DNA of 64,000 nt from Nymphaea colorata (taxonomy: Eukaryota), in the NCBI RefSeq assembly GCF_008831285.2, contig NC_045138.2, positions 31,620,001 through 31,684,000 on the forward strand, in the 5' to 3' direction. Below are positions 37,397 through 50,850 of the stretch, in pieces. Below the pieces are notes generated by a model. That model was given only the letters and a program-made list of their open reading frames with translations, ran no database searches and was not told where the DNA came from. How positions within the stretch are numbered: position 1 is the stretch's first letter; the number at the start of each line of letters is the position of its first letter. A program made the translations under genes and the position numbers.

Positions 37397-39088
37397 TCAT
37401 GTGCACTCTCCACGTCTCAAACTCTGGAGCAGCTCCAAGTAACCAGAATCGTCTGGAGTTATTAGCCTGCATAAGACATCACATTTTTGTTTTACACTAG
37501 TAGCAGAAGGATTGGCATACGTGATCCTTTTTTCTTTTTATAGACCATACAATAATTGATATTAGTGCGGAAGAGAAAAATCCAACGCTTTTCTATCAGT
37601 AGTATTTTTCTTGTTGTTGCTGTTGTTGACAATGAAGAAAATTCACCCTTGCAGGGCAGTCAGAGGTGGATTAGTAGCAGATTGCCAGTGGCCTCTCATG
37701 ATTATAAAATCTAGGTCTTGTCTGCTTCCTAGGAATGCCTTCCTATTATTTTTGGCCTTGCAGAGGATATGCGACCTCTGTACCAAACTCCTACTTTTCC
37801 ATCTAGAAGGCCTGTAAGGCTCTAACTGGCTGCCTAGCCAGTGCTTTAGAGAGTTTGAAAAAGTCGAAATAAAGAATGCAAATTATTTGGTTGAAACTAC
37901 CAAAATTTCAATGCGTTGAACCAAAATTGGAGCCTAGATGAAGGGAACTTGCTAAATCATTAGCTAGCAACAGGAACCAAGCTGCATTCTGTGCTGTTGT
38001 ATTTAAGGGACCTGGTTTAGATTTACAGGTGAACAGGGACACTACTCGTTTGTGCAACTCCTGACATTTCTTTTTTCAGTGAAACCACGGAATTGAATAA
38101 AAGCTTACCCATGGCGGAACAAGAAATCAATAATCACCAGAGCACAATTTGGCTTGAAGAATTCTGTTCTCCGAATAATATTAGCAACTTGGGTCACTGG
38201 GATAAGTTTGAAAGAGCTGACCTCTCCATCTGCATACAAAACTCAAGTCAATGTTTTAAGAAAGGTGAATTAAGATAGATGATCACTTAACCACTAAGAT
38301 CTGTCAACAATCATAAAACTGCCGGTATTTCTTGCATTCAGTTCATCGTCAAGTTGGAAAAATAAACACCCAAAAGAAAAGTTGATCACCCTCAAGAGAT
38401 TTTCACTGAATATGCCGTTAAGCTGCAGATAAGTTAATATTTGACATGCTGAATAAAAAAAAATACCGACTTTGATAAGAAAAAAATTGGTACGGACATC
38501 ACTGGATGCCCTTTCCTATTCAAAAAGTTTAACTTTGAAGATACACATAGAAAAACATCATTGCACATAGAAGTTGATGATTACCACATGCAAGCATGAA
38601 CATAAAGTGCTCTGGGGCTTCAAAACCAGCAATCTTGAACAGATTGAACACCAAAAGGAATGTTCTGTTCCTTGTTTGTGTTAAGTTTGTTGCTGCTGAT
38701 ACAGAAAACAAAAGATTGGCTAGACTGCTTGCTTATGAATGCGAACATGTATGCCAGCCCAATGACAAATTGACAATTGTTTGGTTAAACTGGGAGTATC
38801 ATTGACCTATGGAGACAAAGTGCGTTTACACAAGATAGTTTCTAGTAGTGGCAATGCATAGGCAAAGGACATCTCTCAAGACAGAGGGAAGTGGCAAGAA
38901 CATCAGGTTTTGGCATAGCCACTGCCAGAAGTTACAAGGTTGTACGGGATAAGCTATATGTTGAGTATATTGAGTTCCATGCAAGAATTCACAGACATGA
39001 GTTCATATCCATTATTTACTTCCACGTGTTTTATAAATCTACTAATATGACTGAGTCACCATGACATTGTATGCTTGTTCTCAGACAG

Positions 39089-39152
<64 letters not shown>

Positions 39153-41695
39153 GGAAGCTTTTTTTTTTTTGGTTGGGGGTGGGGGGGGTGGGGGTGGGGG
39201 TGGGGGTTATGACAAAGACAAGCTTAGGTTCAAACTTCAAAATAAGTAAGAAAACCAACTATGTGTTATGTCTCAAGAAACCAATTTGGATCCAAAGTAA
39301 GAAAAGCAAATTACAATCTCCTCATTTCTGAGTTTTTGCAGAAATTCCTGTCAAGTTCTGAATAAGGGGCTACACAGTCAAACTTAGCTGCTCCCAAGAT
39401 TTTAAGCTTTTACAATTGTCAAAGTGTCTGTCTGATATATACCTTGATTGTTTGGAATAAAATCATCAGGAAGCTTCAAATCGTAGCAGAAAAGAACATC
39501 TCTCTTGAGTCTATATCCCTCAATGTCCATATAGGAAACGGCACTGGCTGCAAGAGCTCTGCAGTATCAAATCTTCAGAAATACATTCAATTGTTGCAAC
39601 ATAAATGTGAAGAAGTAAAACAGAGAAATGATTCAACAGTTTCAATGCCTTCACCAATGACAGAAAGCGTTTCAAAGCATCATTTCCGACAATCTCCTCA
39701 AGATTCTTTTTCCCCCAGAGAATAGGATTTTCTCCTGTTTTAGCTCTCAAATATTTCTTTTTTGATCTCATCTTGAGTTTTTTCTAGTCTTTCCTATTCA
39801 TCATGTTTCTTCTGAATATTATAACCCTAAGAAAATAGGAATTTTAACCATTGTCACAATATTCCGAAAATAGCGTGATATTAATGTTAAAAAAGAGAAA
39901 AAAGAAAAAACAGGAAAAAACATGTCTTTTTAAACATGAAAAGTAACTTTATCATGTTTTTGTTTTGCTTTTTCAGTTTGCTTTTCATATTTTTCCTTTT
40001 TCTCTTTCTTTAATGTTAATATCATCATGTATTCAAATTTAAGTTTAATTCATCACCATTGTTATCATCATTAAAACATTACTTTTATCATGTTATCTAG
40101 TTTTTTTGTCTTCTTATTAGTTTCTCGCTTTTTATTCTTTTTACTTAATTTTTAATTTTTTTCCATTTTCAAACATTTGCCTACATTTGCTCGAGAAAAA
40201 ATTTTTTGCTCAAAAATACCCAAGGAAAACCTTGCTGTAAAAAATATCCAAATTCTTGCCATATGCTGCGATCTTCTAGCTATTTTTTATTACTACAAAT
40301 TTTTAGAATCTGATTTAGAAGCTTAACTCATTTATAATTTGAGAATTCAGTATCTAAAAACTTCATTGAGACAACAGCCGTTACAGATTTTTTTTTCCAA
40401 GATGTTCGTTTCTTAATATTTCTGCTGTAAATTTTTTGGGCCTATTCTTATGAAAATGAAACATGGAAGTGAATACGTAGGGCTGCTAAGATGTTTGTAA
40501 AGGACTAGAAATTTAGAAACGAAAAGGAAACTGGAAACCTTAAATCAGAATCTGACAATGGGAAATATGCCTATGTAATGTATACAACTATTGGCATCTA
40601 CTTGTGAACTTAGGATTTCTTTTATTTATTTGCAAAATGAAAAGACCAAAAGACTCAAAACTTCATAATAAGTTTATAAAATTCAGATTGATAATTACAC
40701 GATATTTTCCTAAAAAAATCGTTGCTGAAACTTGAGCTTTTTTTTTTGGGGTTATTTCATCCTTTACAAGGCCTCAAGTGTTTTTTGAGATTCATTCAAA
40801 ATAACCTGTGTTTTTTATTAACTCTGCTGTTGTCATTGCAACACTTCTGTCACGCACAAAACTCAGAAACAACCTGCCAACTTTCTCACGGCAAGAGAAT
40901 GAACCGGTGCATTTATCCTCCTACATAAGTAATCTAGCTTGACATAGTATTGAACTATTCAGTTAAAGGGTATGAAGATTCCTTTTTTACAAATTGTCTT
41001 GGTACAATTTTAAGGTCGACACTCTTTAACACATATCATGCAACTTCTAAGGACCTTGAGATATGCTCATCTTTTCTGCTACCACAGTGTCACATTTTCT
41101 GTAATTCAATCCTTGGCAACAAGATTTTTTCACCTCAAACTACCTTGATCTCCATGATAAAAGGCAATTCCTTCGAAAATCATTGGCATAGCAGGGCCTT
41201 TACACTTAGAATAACAAATATCGAAAGGTAGGAGTCAACATTTAGTATATTTATTAAGTTAGAAAACAGTAATAGTTGTAGAAAAAGTGACCTGTTTCCC
41301 TTAACCACAACCCTGTGTTAAATTATAAGTAGCTGAAGGTGCTTTCACAGCTCAGAAAGGAGGTGAAAAAACGGACGCTTGATGAATAAAACATCAAAGG
41401 GAAGGAACAGATAAATCATGGTTGAGAAACATACTCATTAGCAATATTCCTTGGGATTCCTGCTTCTTCTTCACATTCTTTTAGAAGATTATCTTTGCAA
41501 GTGATTCCATATGGCTGCAATAACCATGCCCTTCAATATCCAGTCATGAAAACTGAGACAAAAATATACTCAACATTATTAATGCTAGTTTTCTAGAATA
41601 AAAAGTCATTAAGCTGTTCATCATAACAGGCAGGCAACACATATGACATACAGACTTGCTCAGTTACAGCTTGCTGATGTATGTATGCTCTGGAC

Positions 41696-41758
<63 letters not shown>

Positions 41759-42254
41759 TTTAAACTAGTAGAACTTATTGAAAGTGGTATGGTGATCTTA
41801 TGTGATGGCATATCACTTCTTTTATGTTGTTACCATAAAAGGTGTTCCACATGTGATGGAGCCAGAAATATACACTATGTGGCATTGAAAGTGATGAATA
41901 CCAATCCGAATTATATATCAGTAAGGAAAATTCTTGTGAGTTAATGGTTTTCGAGTGTTTCATCAATAGATCATCTATATTTGGTCTCTGAAATTATACG
42001 AGAAAACATTCTAAATTTTAGTGTTGATATTATACTTATTTTTAAGGCATGCAACGCCAATGGCATAAATGTTTACAATGTAAAATTACAAAGCACCTTC
42101 ATTTTCTTGTTTGACAAAGCCCCCAAACCCCATGGAAACATATGATGACCTAAAACATGTTACTTCTTAGTCGACTATAGATAGATAGATAGTGTCCCCT
42201 CCTTTAGTTGCATCTTTCCCTTCTTCTTCTTCTTCTTCTTCTTCTTCTTCTTCT

Positions 42255-42290
<36 letters not shown>

Positions 42291-42485
42291 ATACACACAC
42301 ACAAGGGTGGAGCTAACAAATTTTTCGTTGCAGGGGCCGAACTATAGTTTCAAAATTTTAACAAGGGCCAAAATATAATTTTTCAAATTTATTATATAGG
42401 TTGTCAAACTAAAATTTTTAAAATTTACATGTAAAATTTTGAATTTTTAAAATCCGAGGAGGGGCCATGGCCCCTGCCTCTGCCC

Positions 42486-42534
<49 letters not shown>

Positions 42535-45500
42535 TCACTGTCACGAAAAACGCATCTTATTGGAAAAAGATGCGTATAATACTCCAAAACATAGTCAGTC
42601 GTATAATACCTGTGCAAAACATGTTTTTTTAAAAAAACGGCATAAAATAAAAAACGTGAAAAAAACGCGTATTATACGCGTAGTATATGCGTTTTTCATA
42701 TTTTTTATGATTTTTTATTTTTTTTATAATTTTCAGGATTTATTAAATGTTTTAAATTTTTTAAAAATTTGAGGAGATTTTCCCGTTTTATTCCCAAGAT
42801 ATACAATTTTGCCGTATTAAACCCGAGAAATTCCTCGATAGACATATCATTACAAATGTCATGCCATTTACAGCTTTCTGTATTGCAATATGAGCACTGG
42901 GCAAGCCCTCTAAATGTACTCCCGTGAAAGCAAAGAACTACTTAAGGATTTCTAACCGACAAATGATGGGGTAGGCATGAATTTTTTTAATAAAATTTAT
43001 GTGGTGCAGCTTACTAGACAAATGCAGAAGCTTTATTCCTTCAATAGATGCCTGATGTAATTCCTGGATGTGATTCCCTTCCATCTGACTACATTGAACT
43101 CCTCCTAGAAAAGAAACCCACCTTCCTCAACAAGTGATGGCTGCTTAATATAATTCTCACAATATTGGGCTGATTTAGAATAGTATCTTGGCGTATAAGG
43201 TACAATTAGCATGCTGACAATATTCATTTTTGCAAAATTAACCTCCTTCAAAACTTAGAAATACTTTCTTTGTGTAGGTTTACTTTCATGCATCAACTAT
43301 TGGTTATATTGGCATTCTGTGAAATACAATGACGTGTGCGTGTGTATGCGTACATTCTGCAGATAAAATTCCATTTCCAAAACTATATGTGTGTCTCTGA
43401 GCAGTTACAAGACAAAGCCAAAAAAAAAAAAAAAAGAAAAAAAGAAAAGAAAAAGAAGAGACACCTACCAGTCCCCCAGCAACGAGATGATCAAGCATGC
43501 CTGGAAATGTGGGCTTCTCATAGCTTCTTTTTCCTATCCAAAGGTACTTTTTGCCTTCTTTTTCTGTATAGCCATTCATATGGACACCATAGGCCTTTAA
43601 AAATGAGGTGAACAAAATGACCAGTATGAGTTGAAGTTATTCTAGAGAATCATCGACAATCAGCACTAACTGTATCGAGATTTGGAAAGGAAAATAGAGT
43701 ATGTGACCAGTTAGGAAGTCACATTAAGTAAATATAAACACCATCATGCAAGTACCTCACTGCAGGATGGGGAAAATCAAATCATTATGGCAGATGACAG
43801 AAAAACAAAGTTGGGGGTTTAGGTGCAGTATTTCTAATTAGCATTGCAAAGGAAATTTGTGTAGCTCAGAATTATGACACAGTAATCTGCTAAATCAACA
43901 ACGCTTGCCAATATCAATGGAAGCATGATCATTTTAGAAGCCATATTAAAGAATTTGACCAAAGAAAGTGACACGAACTCTTCAAGAAGGCTGCTACTGC
44001 ACATGAGTTGACATGACTCATGTGAGGGTGTGGTAACTGACAATTTGCTTTCATTTTCATTGAATCATTGATAAAATCATAGTTTGTTAATTGTTAATTT
44101 TATTGTTTGGCCCCCATAAAAAATTGCAAATATCATTCGCCCCTATAAAAATTTTGAAGAATATAGTTCAGGGCCCCCAATAAAAATCATTGATAAAATC
44201 ATAGCTTGTTAATTGTTAATCACTTTAGCATCATTAAGAACGTCTTCTAACCTGTCCAACTTGTGACCCCTTTCACTGTGTTAAACCATGGTCAGCAAGG
44301 TCATCCTCAAAAGCTTGGCAACTATGAAGTAAGTATTAGGTAGAAGTGCATATACCTATGTTTATAGTTATTAGATTCGCAGTGGAGTCGTGGATGTTAA
44401 AATGGAAAAAGCAAAATAACCAAGTAGACATGTCTTTGGTAGTTGTGCAAGAAATGCATGATTATTAACAATCAAAAGGTTACTAAGGAAAATAAGAGGA
44501 CCAAACTAAGAACATCAAAATTGGCAGCAGGTTTTAAGAAAATAAATAAGATAACAGCTACTGGAAGACTTGACACAGTAACTTAATGTGAAATAGACAC
44601 CCTAATGCTGACAGAAGAAAAATCTAAGAATATTAGTGGATAACTAAAGCTCAATTTCAATATTCAGGTCATAGTACATTATTCAACTCAATCAAAGTCT
44701 AGAAACAACAAAACTTCACTCTACCAAAGATATCTCAGTGTCATTTTTAATGCCATGTCATTTCATTGAGATAGTAATTTTCCTAAGCAACAAAAAAATG
44801 ACAAAGGGGACAAAACCATTTCCCCTTCCTGTCTGAAACCAATGTGCATCACTATTTCCAAGATTACAAACCTTAATGCCAAACAAAGGGGCTGCAGCAC
44901 GCTCCAAAGAGAAGAAAACTGGCATCCCGAATGCTGAAGTTACAGGGTACAACTGTTTGACATTTAGTGTGACAAAGAGTTAGTAGAAAGAACAGCAGTG
45001 ACAAAGACAAACCTGACTGGGAAATGTAACCAATGTCCAGATATCTACAGTGACTATATGAAGAAAAAACAATTTCAGAAAGTTCAAGCATCAGGACTCC
45101 AGTTAAACAAGTTCACAAACAAAAACAAAAAAAATGGATTTTTACATGATGCTTTTCAAGATACATAAATCAAGTTCAGAATCTCAAAGTCCTGAGGATT
45201 CATCTACTTGCAAGTGCATTTTATAACTGGATATGCCATAGGCAATCTTTTGGTTACCAACTTCAGATTAATTAATTGAGAGCCTTGGCAGAATGTTCGC
45301 CATCTGACAGATGCCTAAAGTCATTAGGATAGTCAACTGGCAATGAAGATATGATGAGCAACCGTAGATAATGAGCCATGGTGGGTTAGATGCAGATGGA
45401 GATTAGATCTAGATCCAATGGTTGCATAATAGATACTATTAAAAATGGGGTATATTTGTATGGGTATTGATGTAATCATGATTTATATCGCAGGGTATAA

Positions 45501-48456
45501 TTCAAAGATATTAGGTAATTTTTTCCCATTAGGAATCATGACAAATTGCAGCCCTTCTTTCTGTGACTTCTCCTCCTCTTTTTGCTGACTGAATCTGATG
45601 TGGTATTAAAGCACGATCGAGTCTAGGGTATTTAATACACTCCAAAAATGTATGTTCGTAAAGATCATTGTCTTCTTCAAGACAGGAAAACGTTTCTTCT
45701 TCAAGTCACCCCTATCCTTTTCCTCCAGTCCTTTGTATTTTCTTCCGTCTTCCTTTTCTAATTAAATCTTGGTTCCTGATTGTGAATATCTGCTACCTTT
45801 GCGGTCTCCTTTGTTTCTTAAGATTATTCAACAAGACTTGCTTTCTCCCAAGATAAACTATATTTTCTGTCATTTGTTATTTCTATCATCTTCTCTTCAC
45901 TTTCTTCTCTTCTCATCTCTGTTTCTGCTGCACAAGCCAGCATACCTCCCTTTGTCATTCAGTTCCTATATTTCATTTTATGCTCTACTTGCAATCTGTA
46001 GGTCTAGTTCTAATCTTGCATTGTATCGGATAATTGTTACAACATGATTAAACCATCAAGTTTCATAAAATATACGGAAGTTCCTAATTATATGGAAGTG
46101 TAGACGAGGACACAAGCTATGACTGTTTTCCACCATCAAGTTTATTGAAGAATTTTGGTGGCTCAGGAATAAGAGTAAACTGCATTCTTAGTCATCTGTA
46201 CAAGAGTCTAAGCAATAAATATCAGAATACTCCTAGCCCCATTAATACAACCAATTTGTGCTGATGATATTTGTTTTGACTGAATGAAGGTGCCAAAGTC
46301 CCACATACTACCAAGAGCATTTGGACAAATATAAGGTGCTTCAAGAAATAATGAACAGTGAATAAGTTATGGCAGGTAACAATATATACCTCATTGCGTA
46401 TACCCGGAACAATAGATTCACCGAGACATTTGATTGTATCACCCACCGTATCTGTTCTATCATCAGGCGATCTAAGTGATGAATGTAATGTGACATAGCT
46501 ATCACCACTGTTGCCATGATTATTATTCTGATCAAGAGAAAAAGCATCTGGAAACTTCTTCAGGTGGTCTATGATACTGCATTCAGTACGCAGCCAAGTT
46601 AATTTGAAAACTTCCCATACATAGATTACAGACATCAGCTAATTGTTACCCAATCATGTAATACTTGTTTGTGACCAAAATTAAGAGACAATCACATTAA
46701 CATAAACTCTCAGAGACAAGGCTCGATTGGTTACAATTTTCCACGCATTATTGGGTATCTCTGGCTATGGGCATCAAGAATTCAACCACACAAAGTAAAA
46801 CCACAGTTATTAACTTATTAAACTGAGTTATGAGACAGGTGAACACCAAATATGATTACACACAACATGGAGCGACAGAAACTCATTAGATTTTAGATCC
46901 ATGTTATAGGTCTTATCCATACACTTCAATAAAAATTGAAAGTTTTTGTTATTTGCACCTTTCCAGAAATGTCCAAATACCAAAATCAAACCAATAGAAA
47001 AGAAAACGTACCGCAAACAGGAACATATCAGGATTGATTGATATCAAACAAATGCTGATGTTGCGTCATCCTATATATTTAACTGCACATAACTAACATT
47101 TACATGAAAGACTAGAAAATGATTCATGTTAACAATAACCCACAAGTTTATTGCTGTACCTAATACAAATCTTTGTTAACATTAATGTACACAGTCATAT
47201 AGGTGAAATTTATCTAACTTGTGCATGTTGAGTATTGGCTACAATTGCACAAAATAGAACCTTGTAAGCTCCAGTTAGGATAATACACTCATCAGAGTGT
47301 TAAATACGCAAAATCTTAAAAAATTGGTCTATTTAGTGCATTTGTACAAGGTAAGATTACAGATGCGCGACCATGTATAAATTTATACTATATAAGCCAT
47401 ACTTGGTTGATTACTCAAATAAGAAAAGGAAAAACTTATGCTACTGTATCAGGCTCTGCAGATATGAGAAATGGTAATCCAGGTGAAAAAAATTTCTCCA
47501 ACCAGAACTTAACCTTCAATATTGCGTAAAGCAAATTGAACCAATTACAAAACGACAAAAACACTTTGAAATCAGAGAGCTTACCATGGGTGGATGTACC
47601 CAACAACTTGGCCTTCAATAACAAATGGTAGGAAATCGGATAGCAACCCCTACAAGTTAAACGCAACGTCCTTTTTGATAAGTAAGCAGATACTACAAGT
47701 CACCATGAAGAAATTTCTCCATATGAAAGCTTGTAAAGAATACAAGCTAATAGAAGAACAGAAAACCGTTTTCTTGAGGGACGAATTGACATAGAAAATG
47801 CTGACGAGTATGAAAGCATTTAAGATAGAGAAACAATATTGGCGTTTTGACATATCAAATGGGAAAAGAAAACAGGTGGGAAGTGGGAACTTCAAAATCT
47901 TCAGAGCTATACCTATCTGGCTTGGGTTAACCAGAGCTAAATGACTTGAATGGAGCAAAAAGATGGAGATTCTCCACAAAACCTTCTAATTTTTCGCCAC
48001 CCATCACGACTCTAGCCGTCAATTAGCCCAGATACGAAGAATCCGGCGGGGAGGGAAGATAAAGATCCAAAACACGAAAATTTTCGAGAAGGAACTAAAG
48101 CAAGTTTTCGGCATTGAGGAGAAATTCATGGCGTCTGTCTCGGGAAGGGGGAGAGAGAGAGAGAGAGATCTTACGGAACCACGGTTGCACTTCTGGACTT
48201 TGTGAGCGTATCCTTGGAGGCCTGGCAGCTCCCCGGGCCAATGCTCCGCCTCCGCAGCTCGGAGAACGTCGTCCCACGTGAAGTTGGGAAGATGATGACG
48301 ACTGCTCGCCGGCGTCGTGGTGGTGGTGAGGGCCCGAGCAGCAAGAGGACGAGGAGAGGTCCCCAGGAGCTTCCATGGAAGTGAGGACCGAGCAACTGGC
48401 TGCCAGCAGGAAGCAGCAATACTTAGCGGGAAACACGAACGAGCGTATGCCCCCAT
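37397..48456 (-). CDS. Nudix hydrolase 20-like (YJR142W/Tnr3-type Nudix) with probable organellar transit peptide, ~375 aa
   Basis: Minus-strand exons 48456-48175, 47649-47585, 46576-46390, 44952-44872, 43594-43469, 41514-41435, 39558-39443, 38229-38109 and 37466-37397, all GT-AG, 1128 nt in frame. Motifs: GIRNELYPV, ERAAAPLFGIKAYGVHMNGY, LWIGKRS..KPTFPGMLDHLVAGG, Nudix box ..KECEEEAGI, FKPNCALVIIDFLFRHG. Confidence 0.94.
39088..39206. repeat. Compound microsatellite (GATA)n(GA)n, poly-T and G-run tract
   Basis: Directly visible in Nudix intron 7. Confidence 0.95.
41699..41755. repeat. (AT)n microsatellite
   Basis: About 28 AT units. Confidence 0.97.
42220..42303. repeat. Compound microsatellite (CTT)n(CT)n(CA)n
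   Basis: Directly visible. Confidence 0.95.
42303..42488. mobile_element. Short MITE (GGAGC/GGCCCC family), followed by an (AT)n tract to ~42531
   Basis: aagggtggagct ... ggggccatggcccctgcctctgccc. Its reverse complement aligns with 56835-57008, and related fragments lie at 44100-44184 and 1-40. Confidence 0.65.
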
Positions 48457-48518
48457 GGTCGTCCCCAGAGAGGAATCGCGAAAGACTGAATGAGCCTGAA
48501 TCTTGATGGTTAAGGCAT

Positions 48519-48695
48519 GGTGCTCCGAGTCAGATGGTGCCGGTACGAGAGTATGTGTACACGGTAAGTTTTAAGCACGGTACCCTAAGCCACCGGTGCC
48601 GGTACGACTGTGGCGGCGGTAAATTTTAAAGCAGGGTGCTCTGAGCCGCATGGTAAGGTAGGAGTGTGGGTGTGAACTTGGTAGGTTTTGAAAAT
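48519..48695. repeat. GC-rich ~57-60-bp degenerate tandem repeat (3 units) immediately upstream of the Nudix ATG
   Basis: Units start at 48519, 48579 and 48635: ggt(g/a)c(t/c)c..ag.c...ggt..(c)ggta.ga..gt....ggta..tttt.aa. Confidence 0.75.
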
Positions 48696-49221
48696 ATAAG
48701 TATGTACCCTAAGATATATAACGTTAATTTTCATTGTTGTTTTTGCTTATCTTATAATGTAGCATTTTTAAGATGAGTAAAAGTTGACAAAGAAAAACAA
48801 AAAATAAAAGTTTTAAAAATAGATGAAATTGTCAATTTATCATACAGACGTTTGAATCGAATTTAACGGGTACTCCATCCAAAAAATACATTTTCGTAAA
48901 ATTCCTACTACTGCCCTTATTTTGGCGCATCAAATAATGAGATCATCATGGCTATTCGGGCTAAGTGACATGCTGATGGATTGTAAATAAGAACTCAAAT
49001 TGAAAGGTGATGCTCCCATGAATTGACCCGCAATAATACTTACTTCTTCTCCTAATTCAACCAGTCACTATGAATGGGGGCTCTGACCATAACATAATCG
49101 ACAGATTCAAGATGCACTTCGGCAAGAGGTCATGAATTGACACAAACCTAGATATACATCATTCAACAATACGCTACCTATTAGCGTTTAGATAGAAAAT
49201 TCTTTCTGTCATCCCTTTTCG

Positions 49222-49569
49222 TAAGCCTGGGCATTGGGTTGGCCCGATAATGAGTCGGGCTCGGGTCGGCCTGACACCCTAAACCTGAGCCCGGTCCTCA
49301 CCTGACAATTAAAACCCAAGCCCGAGCCTTGCCCGGACTCGGGCTCATCCTGATTAAATTAAAAAATATTTTAATATAAGCTAATATATAAATATAATTA
49401 ATCATAATAAAATATTATAATTATATGTAAATATATTAATGGGGCCCACCCTAGACAGCTAGATAAATTATCGGGCCAGCTCAATGCCCTTTCTTCGGGG
49501 CCAGGCCAAACCCAAGTCAGGCCGAGTACCGGCTACTTACCGGCAGCCCGACCCGATGCCTAAGTTTTA
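49222..49569. mobile_element. hAT-like MITE (TAAG(C/T)CTGGGCA family) with GGCCCG/CCCGA subterminal motifs
   Basis: Ends taagcctgggcat / atgcctaagtttta; flanks ccttttcg / ccctttca (6/8); AT-rich core. A decayed relative lies at ~49780-49965. Confidence 0.65.
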
Positions 49570-50507
49570 CCCTTTCAAAGGCTCACAGAAATACCTTGGG
49601 CACTTCCACGATTGTTCTAAGTACAACAATATGTCGAACTACTTCACCAAGTCTACATGTCAGGTATCAAACATTTGACATTTATATAGCAATAACTCTA
49701 GACCCTAGATGCAAAAGTAAGAAGAGAGAGTTGTGAGATTCCCTTCGCTTATTCTGGTATTCGACTCGGGCCAAGCTCAAAAATTAGGCACTGGGTTAAG
49801 ATAAGTCACTTTTAATATTTTTACTAATGTATATATAATTATATATATTTTATTGCGACTAATTATATTTATGTATTATTTTTTATTTAAACTTATTTTT
49901 ACTTTAACCAGGCAGAACTGGGCCGAGCTCAACTTTCAAGTGTCGGGCTAGATGCCTAGGCCTAGATCCAATACCTCAAACTCGTTTTATTGTTATTAGA
50001 TTCTCAAAAATATCCAAATTGGAAGAGGATCGATAAATGTGCCTTTAAACCATTTGGGTATTTCTTGACCTTTATTCGATCCAAAGTGTGTGACTGATGT
50101 TCCAATGAAGAATTCAGGTTAGATCTAACGGTCTGATGCATCTTTAGTTTTACCAAAATCTAAAATATAACAAAAGTCCAGCAGAAGTTCATAAATCTAT
50201 CAAATTGTCGGATGTTGTCTGACAACTAAAAATTAAAAATTCATCGTTGAAAGCATTATAAATCATTATTAAAAGCATCATGAATCATTGTTGCATCATA
50301 AACTATAGTAATATTTTTTGTAGCGACTATTTTTTAACAAGTTTTAAATTTTTAACTATGCATGTCATCAGTCAAATAGTTGGACCAGCAATGATATGCT
50401 TCTTGGGGTATAAGTTGAAGATGTTGAATCAAATGTCACTAATAATACTGTAGTTCTTTGTCCTTTCTTTGGCTCTTTTTTTTTTGTATAGCTCACCTTA
50501 AGGCCCC

Positions 50508-50638
50508 GTCGCCTCAAGGGGCATAGCGTAGTTGGTATCGCTGACACCGACGCAGCTCAAAACCCCGGAGGCAAGAGGAATGGGAGGGCCTTCGGGCCTT
50601 GTTTGGGCGGTGGGGGTTAACACCTCTCGCTCACCCAA
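50508..50638 (+). mobile_element. tRNA-derived SINE candidate (131 bp) with a 14-bp TSD
   Basis: Perfect flanking direct repeat caccttaaggcccc (50494-507, 50639-652). A-box-like TAGCGTAGTTGG (50524-35) and degenerate B-box-like GCTCAAAACC (50555-64). GC-rich insert in an AT-rich background. Confidence 0.75.
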
Positions 50639-50646
50639 CACCTTAA

Positions 50647-50850
50647 GGCCCCTTTTGATGCACAAAAAAAATAATGTGCAAAGTGGATTTTTTTAAAAAA
50701 GTTTGTACGGTTTTTTCTGCAGCATCAAACAAAAGAAATTTTACCATGCATTTTTCATAAGAAAACTGACTTTTTTTCCACGAAAAATTCTCCTGTCTAT
50801 ACAGTGGTAGTTTTACCTGGTAAAAAGCTTCATGGGAATCAAACGTTGCC
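50647..50850. mobile_element. Tourist-like MITE
   Basis: TAA|ggccccttttgat ... atcaaacgttgcc|TAA: imperfect TIR with a TAA target duplication. Confidence 0.7.

Noticed and set aside
39849..40300. Further AT-rich TE-like segments (also ~23520-24060, 31690-32020, 33230-33420, 42535-42860, 54670-55110)
   Set aside because: They look like decayed MITE or hAT remnants, but I could not define matching TIRs or TSDs, so they are not listed as features.
41593..42772. ORFs with IYIYIY runs (also 51808-52014)
   Set aside because: Translations of (AT)n microsatellites.
50508..50638. Possible tRNA gene
   Set aside because: An A-box is present but no cloverleaf or intact TTCRA loop can be drawn, and the TSD indicates a retroposon.
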